Shown piece by piece: positions 52,716-64,000 of a stretch of 64,000 bases of DNA; the first letter of the stretch is position 1; each line of letters starts with the position of its first letter. The position numbers and the translations under genes are program-made. The notes beneath the pieces were generated by a model. It was not told the origin of the DNA and did not search any database. It saw nothing but the letters and a program-made list of their open reading frames with translations. Source of the stretch: Amoebidium appalachense (lineage: Eukaryota; Protista; Ichthyosporea); assembly GCA_963693365.1 (NCBI GenBank), contig CAVNZM010000004.1, positions 14,010,524 through 14,074,523 on the forward strand. The letters are read 5' to 3'.

Positions 52716-54479
52716 GGTAATCGGGATTCGGGGAATATGAAGCAAAAATGCCTGTTGCTGCTCTGGATTTTTTGGAGGTTGCGGGCAGGGGGAGCAAGGG
52801 GGGAAGAGAGGGGGAATTTCACAAAGTGGGTAGGGGGGACATGGAAGGGGTTAAGGCTGTGAAAAAGGCAAACGAAAATGTGCTTGCGAATAGGTCATCA
52901 TATACAGCCCCGCTTCCCACCCTCTGCCTGCACACACACTTGCTTTCCTGCGGCACCGCACAAACACCGGCAATACGATTGGTTGTCCAAGATCCCCACC
53001 TGTATGTGGGGCCTCCGTACGCGTGGGGCCCCCGTTCGATTGATGCCATCCCCCTCTCCCCCCCCCCCCCTGGCCTCCACTCAGAGAGTTTTCGGATCAT
53101 TTCATGCTGTGGACAGATTTCACTCGCCAGGGAGTGTCTGGGTAGTATAGAAGGTAGATGGGGCAAAGCAGGGCTGAGGCAGGGGGGGGAGAGGGGCTTA
53201 AAAGAAAAGAGGGGGAGGGGAGGGGAAGGGGGGGGGGGGGGGGGGGGGGGGGGGAAGGGAAGGGAGGGCAGGGAGTGTTGGGATTAGGTGGTGGTGCTAG
53301 TAGTGTCTTGACATGCCAAATCGAAAGAGACGGCCTGGTCACCCACAGAGCAAACCAAATGTCTGTGTTGGTTTGCCACTGCAAGTGACGCTATACGTTC
53401 CCCCCTCCCTCCCCGCCGGCCCCCCCCCCCCCCCCCCTCCCCCCCCCCCGCGGCCCCTGCCCCTACTCCACCCCCCATCCCGCCGCACTTCTCCGGGGCC
53501 TTCCCCATCCCATGTTTCAATGGCAGCTATTTCTCCCCCACAGAGGTCTTTGCGATACCCACTGCAAATTAAACCCCTCTTTACAACCCCTTGCGGCATG
53601 GGAGGTTCCAGCCTGAAGCGAAGATGGAGAGACTTTATGTGCACAAGAGCAATGTGTGGGTCAATGGGGTGGGGTGGGGTGGGGTGTGTGTGTGTGGGGG
53701 TGGGGGGGGTGGGGGGGGGTGGGGGGGGTGGGGGGGGGGGGGAGATGGGGGGAGAGAGGGGGAAGGGGGGGGGGACATTGATTAGGAGATATTAAGACTG
53801 ATGTTATCGGCAGATACCAGTCTGAGGCACATGCTTGGTACCCGACTGCATTATTCTTCACTGAACCCAATGTGTGATCGGGTTGAGATACAAAATTTTT
53901 CTTCTGCCCTTCTAGGCCTGCCAGTGGGGTTGCCCCAATTTTCTTGAATTCAAAATGTCCTGAAATGTGAGGTACGAAATTTCGATGAATCGGGAAAGCA
54001 AAAACGGGCCCCCCGGGTCATTGAATATTCCGAAACTAGTCGCCAACCGATTCAGCTAAGCCGCAAACCAGAGGTACCTCAGTGTGTTGGCTAAATGTGC
54101 AACATCTCTCTACACCGACTAGCCAAACCACATTTACCTTTTGGCCATCTGTGCAACCTGGTCCTGCCACTGCCATCGATATGGAATTTATTGCCGGGGT
54201 GCCGCCATATGTTAAAGGTAGGTGATTTCATATATTGACCATTCCACTTCAGCGCAGGTGACAAAAGGAAGGAGCCCCCCCCCCCCCCCCCCCCCCCCCT
54301 CAACCACACACACACACACACACACCCCCCTCCCCCCCCCCCCCCCCCCCCCCCCCCCACGGGGGCCCCCCAGCAATTTGTTTTTCTCTGTCGCATTATT
54401 TCGCTTGAACCTCTCCTGGGCCCTGCTGCAGATGCCTCACAGAGTCTCAGCAAGTAGCCTGGCGTGTATAGAAGGATCG

Positions 54480-54990
54480 CGATATATGCGTGTAGTTGAT
54501 ATTGAAAGTAGCATATACCCCAATGTTAGCAGTTATCCCCATACGGAAAATGGCAGCCACGGGACATAACTGTTATCTCTGAGAGAAAATGTCGGCAGAC
54601 ATTCTCATATGTCTTAAAATACGGTTGGTAGATAACCCCATAACTTGAGATATGTATATGTTGGCAGATATTCCACAAATTTAGAAATATTGGCAGACAT
54701 CCCCGCAAATTTGTATATATTGGCATACTTTCCCGCAAATTCAGATATGTTGGCTGATGTTCCCGTATTTGGATATGTTGGCAGGTTTACCCCATGGTAT
54801 GTACGTAGATATCCCATAAGATATATTAGCAGATATACCCATTGGCAGACATCCCCGTAGATATGTTGGCACGATTGATAATTCTCCCGCAAGATTAGAT
54901 ACTAGTGGCAGATATCCCCGAATTTGGATATGTTGGAATGTATCCCCCATGTTATGTGCGTAGATATCCCAAAAATATGTTGGCAGAAAG
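54480..54990. repeat. Degenerate repeat array with ATATGTTGGCAGA(T/C)AT core; possible non-autonomous transposon interior
   Basis: About ten imperfect recurrences of GATATGTTGGCA/GGCAGATAT; no terminal repeats identified. Confidence 0.6.
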
Positions 54991-56230
54991 GCCCCTCTTT
55001 CCACAGGGTGGGTCTTGCAAAACCACAGCAAACAGGGGCGCATTCCACCTCCCCACCACCACCACAGTCCCCTCGGTCTTCTTTCAATGTGCCCCTCCTT
55101 CCCATCTACTTAAATCCTGGGTATGGTCAAGCAACATTGCACTCATCATGCACCAAAATGTCAAAAGTTGTGCCGGAGGAAGGAAGGTGAACAAATATGC
55201 ATGTTTGTGTGTTTGCACATGCCTTAAACGAATTTTTTTTTTTTTCTTTCAATTTATTTTATTCTTATTTTGTTCCGGGGGGTTGGCCCTTGTTAGAGGA
55301 GTCCCATGAGTCTTCCAATAAACACCGACTGCACCCTAGCCAGGGTGCATATGAAGCCGGTTAGCTACGCATAGACACCTTTACCAATCCCAACTACCAT
55401 GGCGGGATACTCCTATAGTACACACATAGCCCAGGATTTTGCCCCAGCATGGCTGTGTCCTTATTACATTCTTGCTTTTCATTTTTTTTTTTTTTCGAGT
55501 GTTGTTGGGGGCGGGGCGGGGGGGGGGGGGGGGGGGGGGGGGAGGGGTCCCCTTTCCCCTCCCCTCACGAATCCTACAGTCCCCTCCCCTCCTCCCTCCC
55601 CCCCCCCCCCCCCCCATCCTCAACGAAGATCGTGTGCGGTGCTACGGTATCCCCCCCACCCCCCCCCTCCCCAACACACACACACATCCAACCCACAAAA
55701 AGACAGAGGGATAAGCCTCTCAACAACATAAAGCACCACATCCCAAGTAAGCTGACCAGCTTTATAGACGTTTACAGACACACGTGTTAATGGGCCATTG
55801 TTTCGGATTGTGTGTGTGTCTGACTCAGGCTGTGTATCTGCGTTTGTGCGTGTCTGTGTGTGTGTGTATACATGCATGTGTATGTGTGTGTGTAGGGATA
55901 TATGTGTTTTTGTGAGTGCTCCATTAGTGTGTGTGGTATATACATCCGTGATTCTGTGCAAGGTGCAAGGGGGGGGGGGGAACGTGCTCGGGTGGGTGGG
56001 TGGGTGGGTGGGGGGGGGGGGGGGGGGGGGGGGGGGGGTAGATGGTGTTGTAGAGTACGATTTACACTTATGAGGAACAACACAACGCACCAGGCAAGGG
56101 AGAAGGGGGGAGGGAGGGGGGAAACGTCATTAAGAACGACGTATGACGGACAACACAAAGCAGCATGGTGTGTGTGTACGGTGTGTGTGTGTGGGGGGGG
56201 GGGGGGGGGGGGGGGGGATTGTGTGTGTGT

Positions 56231-56261
<31 letters not shown>

Positions 56262-57673
56262 GGGGGGGGGGGGGCTGGGTTAAGGACCCACATGTAGCTC
56301 AAACAGCTGGGCCACATACAGAGGCAGTGGCATGAAAAATAGGCAGGTTTCAGTGCTGAGAGGGGGAGGCGGGGAGGCGGGGGGGGAGTAAAGAAAAAAG
56401 ACGGGTAACATCGACATCGGGCACATGACTGGCATCGGCAGATGTGTCAATTTATTTGGACAGATGTTTGGCAGTTTGGCAAATCACGACAGATGGCAGC
56501 CCAAAAGTGCCTACGGCTATTACCAAGTAGATTCAGGTCATATATGGCCTACCAGTAGCTTGGAAACACCCAGCAAAACGGATTGCGCAGAAAGGAAGAT
56601 GGAAGATCAAAGACACCAAGCCATAACACAACGTGATTCCCACTGCAATAACAGAAAACGACGGGCTCCTTCTGCCAGCCTGTGCCTGCCAGTGTATGTG
56701 CTATCACCCCTCATGAAACGTGTCTGTCAAGCTGGCACCCGCTGGGAAAAAAGCAGCCAGTGCACCACACACGTGTCAGCCCTAGCTTATATTGCTACTC
56801 TTGCTACCCTGCCTGTGCCCGCCAAACTAGTGTAACGCGCTTTGCCAAACTCGGTTGTATTTTCAAACAGGCAAAAACTATCTCTTTTACCGCACGCCCC
56901 CGGAGGGCCACTGTTCAGTACATCATGATCATGATCGAATAAAACGAGAAACAACAACGTTGACGGGAAACGATGACGTCAATGCGTGGACAATGGACAT
57001 ACGCAGAGTCTGAGACTCTCAGAGTCGCACGCAAGACACGTGCACAACACCGCCCATTGGTTCACTCAGATGTACTGGCAAATCTAGATCCATACAGTAG
57101 TGCAATTACCCATACTATTGTAATGGTTCAATAAAAAGTAACTTTTTCTCGTTCTCGGAATACAAATTTAAATTTACTTATTCATGTTGTTTGTTTTTTG
57201 AAAGATTTTTGCTTATTAGATAGAGAAAGAGGCAGAAAGCTGAAAATGCGTATACACAAACGATCAGGTGAGACATAGGTGCCCATAGATAAAACGTGAC
57301 CGTGACTATTTGACAACATGTATCTAAGAATATAATTGGTCTACAGCTTTAAAAAGTGTATAAAACAGCTTTGAGCCGCTCATATTACAGATCTAAAATG
57401 GTGTGTCCATCGCTATATCTGCGCAACGCGCCAGTTAAAATATTCCCCACGTGACGAAGTAGGCGAGCTCAGCCAATCAATGTTTTGCAAAAGGTCGGCG
57501 TTCTATGCATTTTTTTCACCAAATTCCAAGTCTGATCGAAGCCCAGACCTTTGTTTTTCTGGTATAACTACTCAGTTATACTTACAAACACAAAAACATT
57601 TGAGTGAAAATAAAATTTATAGTTTAATTTGTGCAGAATACACTCGTTTTAGTTGTTTTGAACTGTGCACCTG

Positions 57674-57849
57674 GTGAGTATTCCCGAATACACCTTGGGC
57701 ACACAGTCATTCTCCCATGCGATTGGCGGTCTATCACGCGTGCGAGTGATGCTGCCGACATGGGGAAAATTTGCGGTGTGCCCATAAAAAAGAGCGCCTG
57801 TGGCAGTTTGGTCCAGTTGCTGCCATGCCTATGATATTTATCATTGCAG
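57674..57849 (+). other. Possible 5'-UTR intron of INO1
   Basis: G|GTGAGT donor at 57674 and TTGCAG|G acceptor at 57849, 75 nt upstream of the ATG. Confidence 0.45.
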
Positions 57850-57924
57850 GCGGCTGCGGTATCTTTGGGTGGTGATACGCAAGCCGATAGTAACGTGCCT
57901 CTTAGCACTCGTGAATAACTGAAA

Positions 57925-59454
57925 ATGACTATCACCGTGAATTCTCCCAACGTTGTCTACACTGAGGAGGAAATCATCTCTCAGTATGACTACCAGACGA
58001 CACGCATCGAGAAGGACGCAACGGGCGGCCTGAAGGCCACGCCTGTGTCCACCAAGTACACTTTCAAGACCAACCGCCACGTTCCCAAGTTCGGCCTTAT
58101 GATGGTGGGTTGGGGCGGTAACAACGGCTCTACCCTGACGGCCTCCATCGTTGCCAACCAGAACAAGATGTCTTGGCGCACCCGCGAGGGTGTGAAGGAG
58201 GCCAACTACTGGGGCTCTCTCGTTATGGCCTCGACCCTCCGTGTTGGCATCGACGACCAGGGCGAGGACGTCTACATGCCCTTCCACGATATGCTTCCAA
58301 TGGTGCACCCCAATGACTTTGTGCTGGGCGGCTGGGACATCAACGGGGCAAACCTTGCCGAGGCTATGGAGCGTGCCTGTGTGCTCGAGCCCGATCTGCA
58401 GCGCCAGGTGTACCCCTTCCTGAAGGACCTGACCCCCCTGCCTTCCATCTACTACCCCGACTACATTGCTGCCAACCAGTCTGACCGTGCCAACAACCTT
58501 ATCCCCGGCAACGACAAGCAGGCACACCTCGAGAAGCTGCGCCAGGATATCCGTGACTTCAAGGCCTCCAACCAGCTCGAGAGTGTGGTGGTTGTGTGGA
58601 CTGCCAACACGGAGCGCTACAGCGACATCATCCCCGGTGTTAACGACACGGCCGACAACCTGTTGGCTGCCATCAAGGCCAGCCACTCGGAGGTGGCCCC
58701 GTCAACCATCTTTGCCGTTGCCTGCATCCTGGAGGGTGTTCCCTTCGTCAACGGCTCCCCGCAGAATACGTTTGTGCCGGGTGCCATGGAGCTGGCTGAG
58801 CGCCACAAGTCCTTCATCGGTGGTGACGACTTCAAGTCTGGCCAGACCAAGATGAAGTCCGTGCTGGTCGACTTCCTGGTCGGCGCCGGCATCAAGCCCG
58901 TGTCCATCGTCTCCTACAACCACCTGGGCAACAACGACGGCAAGAACTTGTCGGCGCCCTCGCAGTTCCGTTCCAAGGAGATCTCCAAGTCAAACGTGGT
59001 GGACGACATGGTTGCTTCCAACCGCCTCCTGTACAAGGAGGGAGAGCACCCTGACCACGTGGTCGTGATCAAGTACGTGCCCGCTGTTGGTGACAGCAAG
59101 CGTGCCATGGACGAGTACGTCAGCGAGATCTTCATGGGTGGAAAGAGCACCATTGCGATGCACAACACATGCGAGGACTCGCTGCTGGCTTCACCCCTCA
59201 TTATCGACCTGGCTGTGGTGGCTGAGCTGATGACACGTGTGCAGTACAAGACTGGTGACATGGCTGAGTTCGGTTCGTTCCACTCGGTGTTGTCCATCAT
59301 GTCGTACATGCTCAAGGCCCCCCTCGTGCCCCCCAAGACCCCCGTAGTGAATGCCCTTGCAAAGCAGCGCGCAGCCATGGAGAACATCTTCCGGGCCTTC
59401 CTTGGTCTTATGCCCCAGAACGACATGCTGTTGGAGCACAAGCTGTCCCACTAG
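57925..59454 (+). CDS. INO1: myo-inositol-1-phosphate synthase (eukaryotic type); intronless CDS
   Basis: All four MIPS blocks: [37 protein letters not shown]; also [11 protein letters not shown] and [10 protein letters not shown]. Strong C/G third-position bias. AATAAA at 59546-59551. Confidence 0.98.
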   Translation: MTITVNSPNVVYTEEEIISQYDYQTTRIEKDATGGLKATPVSTKYTFKTNRHVPKFGLMMVGWGGNNGSTLTASIVANQNKMSWRTREGVKEANYWGSLVMASTLRVGIDDQGEDVYMPFHDMLPMVHPNDFVLGGWDINGANLAEAMERACVLEPDLQRQVYPFLKDLTPLPSIYYPDYIAANQSDRANNLIPGNDKQAHLEKLRQDIRDFKASNQLESVVVVWTANTERYSDIIPGVNDTADNLLAAIKASHSEVAPSTIFAVACILEGVPFVNGSPQNTFVPGAMELAERHKSFIGGDDFKSGQTKMKSVLVDFLVGAGIKPVSIVSYNHLGNNDGKNLSAPSQFRSKEISKSNVVDDMVASNRLLYKEGEHPDHVVVIKYVPAVGDSKRAMDEYVSEIFMGGKSTIAMHNTCEDSLLASPLIIDLAVVAELMTRVQYKTGDMAEFGSFHSVLSIMSYMLKAPLVPPKTPVVNALAKQRAAMENIFRAFLGLMPQNDMLLEHKLSH

Positions 59455-60407
59455 GCTAAGTACCGTAGAGCTCTGTCTGGCCTGGTGTCAGTGTAGGTGT
59501 GGGCGTAAAGCGATTCGAGAATTATGCATTATTATGTGTTGAACAAATAAAACTGGACATTCTTTTTAAATCAAGTCCGTTGTCCCCTCCCCCTCCCCCC
59601 CCCCCCCACTTGATCGTGACACAGCCTTGAACACGAATAGTCCGACTGTAGCAGCTGATGCCACAATGCCTTGCCGCACGTGAACACACTGCTGCCTACT
59701 CCTCCCTTACCCTAGGAAAGTAGCTCCTCCATGGACTGGTGTTGACCTCTATAGCTAGCTCGTGTTGTCAGGCTTGGGATCGTACGACTATTGCTGAATG
59801 GCCTCGCGTACCCTTTTTGAAAGAGATCCCATGTGTAGAAAGGCTTGGGATCGTATGACTATTGCTGATATGTGTAGAAGAGTGCCCCCCCCCCCCCCCG
59901 ACGATAAAGTTCCGCCCTAGTAAGCGTGTTACTACCCTGCGGCGTGGGTCAAATCTCATATTTTCCCCTCTGATTGCGAATTCTGCGGCCTTCGGGACTT
60001 AATTCAATTCTTTTCAGCTGGTGTAGTATGTTAGCCAGGGAAGTATCGACTTAGGTATCGACGGGGGAGCTTCCTAGAAGCCCCGTCTCCTGAGTTCCTA
60101 TCCATATTTTTCTTGCTTCTGCTTACTGCTGCAACTTTAACCCCCGGCCTTTCCCACTGCCCTTGCCTGCATAAGCAACCCTGCTCGTCTCTGATCAAGA
60201 CGGGTGACCTACTCATGTTCAAGTGAAACAGTATCTGAGTTGGGTTTCGTTAACGAGGGGAATAGGTCGAAACTCGGGTACTGTGGATGACGTGGGCCCT
60301 CCCTGAGGATGGGCTCTGCTTATTATGCATACTCTTTATGTATGGCTTGCATTCTGCATCGTGTTATCCGTTTGTTCTTGTGTACTTCGTACTTTTTGAC
60401 GCATTCA

Positions 60408-60468
<61 letters not shown>

Positions 60469-60485
60469 AAAAAGAAATAAAAAAC

Positions 60486-60516
<31 letters not shown>

Positions 60517-60804
60517 AGCTCATCCCGACGCAAGCTGCAAGCATATCCCTCTCGAGGACCAGCTTTGTCTTTAGTACACACAGTGCACCAACATTTTTTT
60601 GTGTAGTGTGGCTCTCTCGAGTGAGCCCACTTCGTAGCTGCATTCGTGTGTCCTACATATTGTACGTGACCATATTCATCGACAAGCATTCGGAACCCTC
60701 CCCCCCCGCCCCCACACACCCACCTACGCACCCACCCACACACAAGAAAAAAATCTGAGACGGAGACCTTCTCTCCACACACACCAACAGGCGGAGATTC
60801 TACC

Positions 60805-60868
<64 letters not shown>

Positions 60869-61115
60869 AAAAAAAAGAAAAAACTCACTCAATGTGCATA
60901 CAATATAATGCTGAGACGGAGACCACCCCACGTCCCTCCCCCTCCTCCCTCCACAGGTCCACACACACACACACACACACAGCCCACTGCACACACACGC
61001 CTACAAGCCTAAAGCGCCATATGATGCTGCTAGGATTATAGCCCTGGGCAGTCACTACAACGGCCATAAATGTGCTGTGGGCAGGCCACACATTAAAGAG
61101 CATGGTGCCTTGAAG

Positions 61116-61686
61116 CTACTGGTTTTGCAGCAGGGCCCCTGCCTTTGCAGCCAATGCACCCTCTCCTTGGGCTGCTGCTTGCACGGCGGCAATCACCTCC
61201 CCGCCCAGCTGCTCCAGTGCTGCACACAAACTTGTTAGTGTGCCGCACGTGCATGCATCCTTGCATTCCCTGGGTTATTCAAAATGGCGCAAGTGCATAG
61301 CTAGTTGTTCACCAATGGATGTAAGGGTGTGCCCATAAATTGAGGAGCTTGCCAGGTGTTTCTTGGTCGTAGAGTGCACGGAGTATATATAGTCATGCAA
61401 GTCGTGGTGTTTGTGTGTGAAATACCAACCATGGGCTTTTGGGTGCAATTTTCTATGCAATAATGCACAATTTGATGTAGGCAGTAACTACATATTAGCC
61501 TGTAGAGGTTGATTGAATGTGTGTGTGTGGGTTGCAATGGCTTGGGATAGATGTAGCGCATTCCTTGACATACGGATCGATCAACAGCAAAGCATCAATC
61601 CCCAAAGCCCAATCCCACCCTACCCCCACCAACCCCAACCTATCCCCAACACCACCACCACCACCTACGCGCCTGCACACACAGTG

Positions 61687-61722
<36 letters not shown>

Positions 61723-61930
61723 CAATAGGCACTTGGGAGAGAAGGGGGGATTTTTACCGCCAGGGACAAGGGTAGCCAATAGGGTGACGGCATTCTCTTT
61801 GATTTCATTGGCTGGGCAGGTCTGCAGCACCGCAGCCAACCCCGGGCCCAAGTCCTTGGCTGCCAGCACCCCCTCTCGGTGTCCTGGCCCACCAAGAGTC
61901 AACAATTAACAGCTAAACGAATAAGCATCC

Positions 61931-61994
<64 letters not shown>

Positions 61995-63197
61995 TCTTCC
62001 TCCTCCTCCAAGCTTTCCCCTCCGGAGGTTGGGCTGTGCCTACAATACTCTCTGTTAACGCTTCTTCTTCTTTTTTCGTTTGCCCCAATCTGCAAAATTG
62101 GGTTGTGTTCTCAATGCTTAGTGTCTACTTCGTACTTGCTAATTGTTACCCCCTCTCCTCCACCCACCCACCCCTTGAAAGCACACCAGCTCACACACAC
62201 ATACCTGGGGTGGCTGCAGTCAGGGCCAACGCCACCAATGCCTCGTTGTGCAGCTGCACATGCCGTGACCCCAACAGGCGGGCTATGGTGTCAGTGCCGC
62301 ACACAGACGACACATGCTCACATGCCTCTGTGTGTGTGCGTCAGTGTATGTCCGTGTGTGCGCACCCGTATGATTTGGTTTCTGCGGGTGTGTTTCGTGT
62401 TTGTGCATGTGCGGGCACGCACGTTTGTGTGGCTGTTTGTGTGTATGCTTGTGTCTGTGCTCGTGTGCTCGTGTGTTGTGCACGCACAGCATATGCCAGT
62501 GGGTGTAAGGCCTTTCTTTAGCTGTATGAATTTTGCAGTCCCCTCGCGCGCATGTGTGTATTCGTATGTTTGTGCCATTAGAGAAAGCGAGCTTGCATCG
62601 GGTGTATTTGTCTGTGGCCATCAGACCAACCCATCAGCAAAAGGGTGTAAAGCTATTAGTGAGCCCATTAGTGCTACGTGCACACAGCAACATGTGTTGG
62701 CCCCACGCACACAGGAACGTGCACATAAGGTCTTCTGGTGTGCTTACATGTGCACCCACCTGCACGACTGTGCATGCACGTGCAAGCTGTGGGCTCATGC
62801 AGTAAGCATGGTGTGCCCTGCTGTCCGACACCGAAAGAACATGCAGCACCCGCATACATACCCCCTGTCGCCACGAAACCCAACCCCTCCAATGCACTCA
62901 GATGGGCGCACACCCCACCACACACACGTCATTTGAACCCCCCCGGGCCACCCCCGTGCATGCACATGTCAGGCACCCACCTTTCCTCCTCGTGTGGCAC
63001 GACTTGACGATGGATGCAAATGTTCGTGCAGCCTCGGACCACACGGCCTCCTCATCGGACCTGCCTAATTTGGCAAGTAGCGCCATGGCCTCACTGTGAT
63101 TGGCTACCTGCATAGCAACGGTCTCTGTGCCCTCCGTTAGTGGCAGCCAACAGGACACAAGTGGCAGGAGTATGTACGTGCACAAGTATCTATCTCT

Positions 63198-63230
<33 letters not shown>

Positions 63231-63736
63231 CCTCCCCCCCCCCCCCCAAAAAAAAACCAACTTTACACACTTAGATCTTGTGCGCACGGTCATATCCTGT
63301 GTTTTCAGGCCAGGATTATGTGCCTAGGAGCTCCATTTCAGCCCTTCCGTAAAAGATTTTTGTGTCTGCACATGTGTAGCTGTGGAGCAGGGGGTGTAGA
63401 TCACAACACGCAACTGTGTGCAAACAAACACAAGAAGACGTTAAATAACAAACAACACACAAGCAGGACCAGCGAATGATGAGAAGCACACATTTTCTCG
63501 TCTCACCAGAAGCCCACACTGGACTCTCTGACAACCACCTGTCTATGTAGCCACCATCCGAGGCTCTGCATCCTCACAAACAAACTGCGGAGAGAGGGAT
63601 AGGTGCCTACCGTGATCTGCCGTGAGGCTGCGCATTATGCTTGCTAGCAGATACTGCACGGGGGGCTGGGGGCAGCCACCGGCCAGCACCACACCATCAA
63701 CTACCCCACTGGATGCTAGGTGCTCCCGGTAGCCCT
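61116..63736 (-). CDS. RAP1GDS1: SmgGDS / Rap1 GDP-dissociation stimulator-like armadillo-repeat protein, 3' exons; gene continues beyond the right edge
   Basis: Exons 63736-63611 (QPPVQYLLASIMRSL), ~63124-62981 (EAVWSEAARTFASIVK), 62282-62205 (SRHVQLHNEALVALAL), 61883-61758 (NEIKENAVTLL), 61219-61116 (TAG). Motif order matches the SmgGDS C-terminus as remembered (PPVQF, NEALVALAL, EIKYN). One small internal exon may be unresolved. Confidence 0.8.
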
Positions 63737-63810
63737 CTGCATGTGTGGGTGAGTGGCGTGGTCTTGCCCTGCTCTTACGTGCATGCGGGGTGGTGTTGTT
63801 GCTATTCTGA

Positions 63811-63960
63811 TGCATAAACTGTGTGTGCATAAGGTATAGTGGTGCATAAACTGTGTGTGCATAAGGTATAGTGGCCTTGCTATTCTTCTACACAAACTGT
63901 GTGTGCATAAGGTATAGTGGCCTTGCTATTCTTATGCATAAACTGTGCGTGTATGAGGTA
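63811..63960. repeat. Intronic tandem repeat with 32-46 bp units, ~4 copies
   Basis: Recurring TGCATAAACTGTGTGTGCATAAGGTATAGTGG. Confidence 0.85.
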
Positions 63961-64000
63961 TTTTTATCCTGCCATGCTTACGGCCTACATGGGGTTGGGG

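Noticed and set aside
57841-58686. Long antisense ORFs over INO1, Copia pol and Gypsy gag (e.g. 57841-58686, 32845-33732, 43431-44423)
   Set aside because: Shadow ORFs caused by codon bias of the real gene on the other strand; no recognisable motifs.
57925-59454. INO1 and the PI-PLC-Tweety gene as an inositol gene cluster
   Set aside because: They are ~38 kb apart (~20 kb without the TE nest) with an unrelated protease between them. There is no evidence of co-regulation. Synteny in relatives would be needed.

Overview
Eukaryotic genomic DNA with GT-AG introns full of poly-G/poly-C tracts and (GT)n/(GA)n microsatellites. The gene content suggests a unicellular holozoan or other opisthokont protist (inference only). 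Host genes: a partial bZIP transcription factor at the left edge; a ~19-exon minus-strand gene (3812-19834) that, by manual splicing with consistent exon phases, fuses a signal peptide and a bacterial-type Ca2+-dependent PI-phospholipase C domain to a 5-TM Tweety-family protein; an astacin+PAN metalloprotease and a myo-inositol-1-phosphate synthase, both with intronless CDS; and the 3' part of a SmgGDS/RAP1GDS1 armadillo gene at the right edge. The centre (26454-45079) is a three-element LTR retrotransposon nest, with every target-site duplication visible. A Ty3/Gypsy chromovirus (A) carries a young Ty1/Copia element in pol and a non-autonomous relative of itself (B) in gag. A and B are saturated with a strand-specific ACGAA motif. 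B carries an exact 18-nt tRNA 3'-end copy inside a duplicated primer-binding site. All exon models, motif counts and domain calls were made by eye, without database searches.
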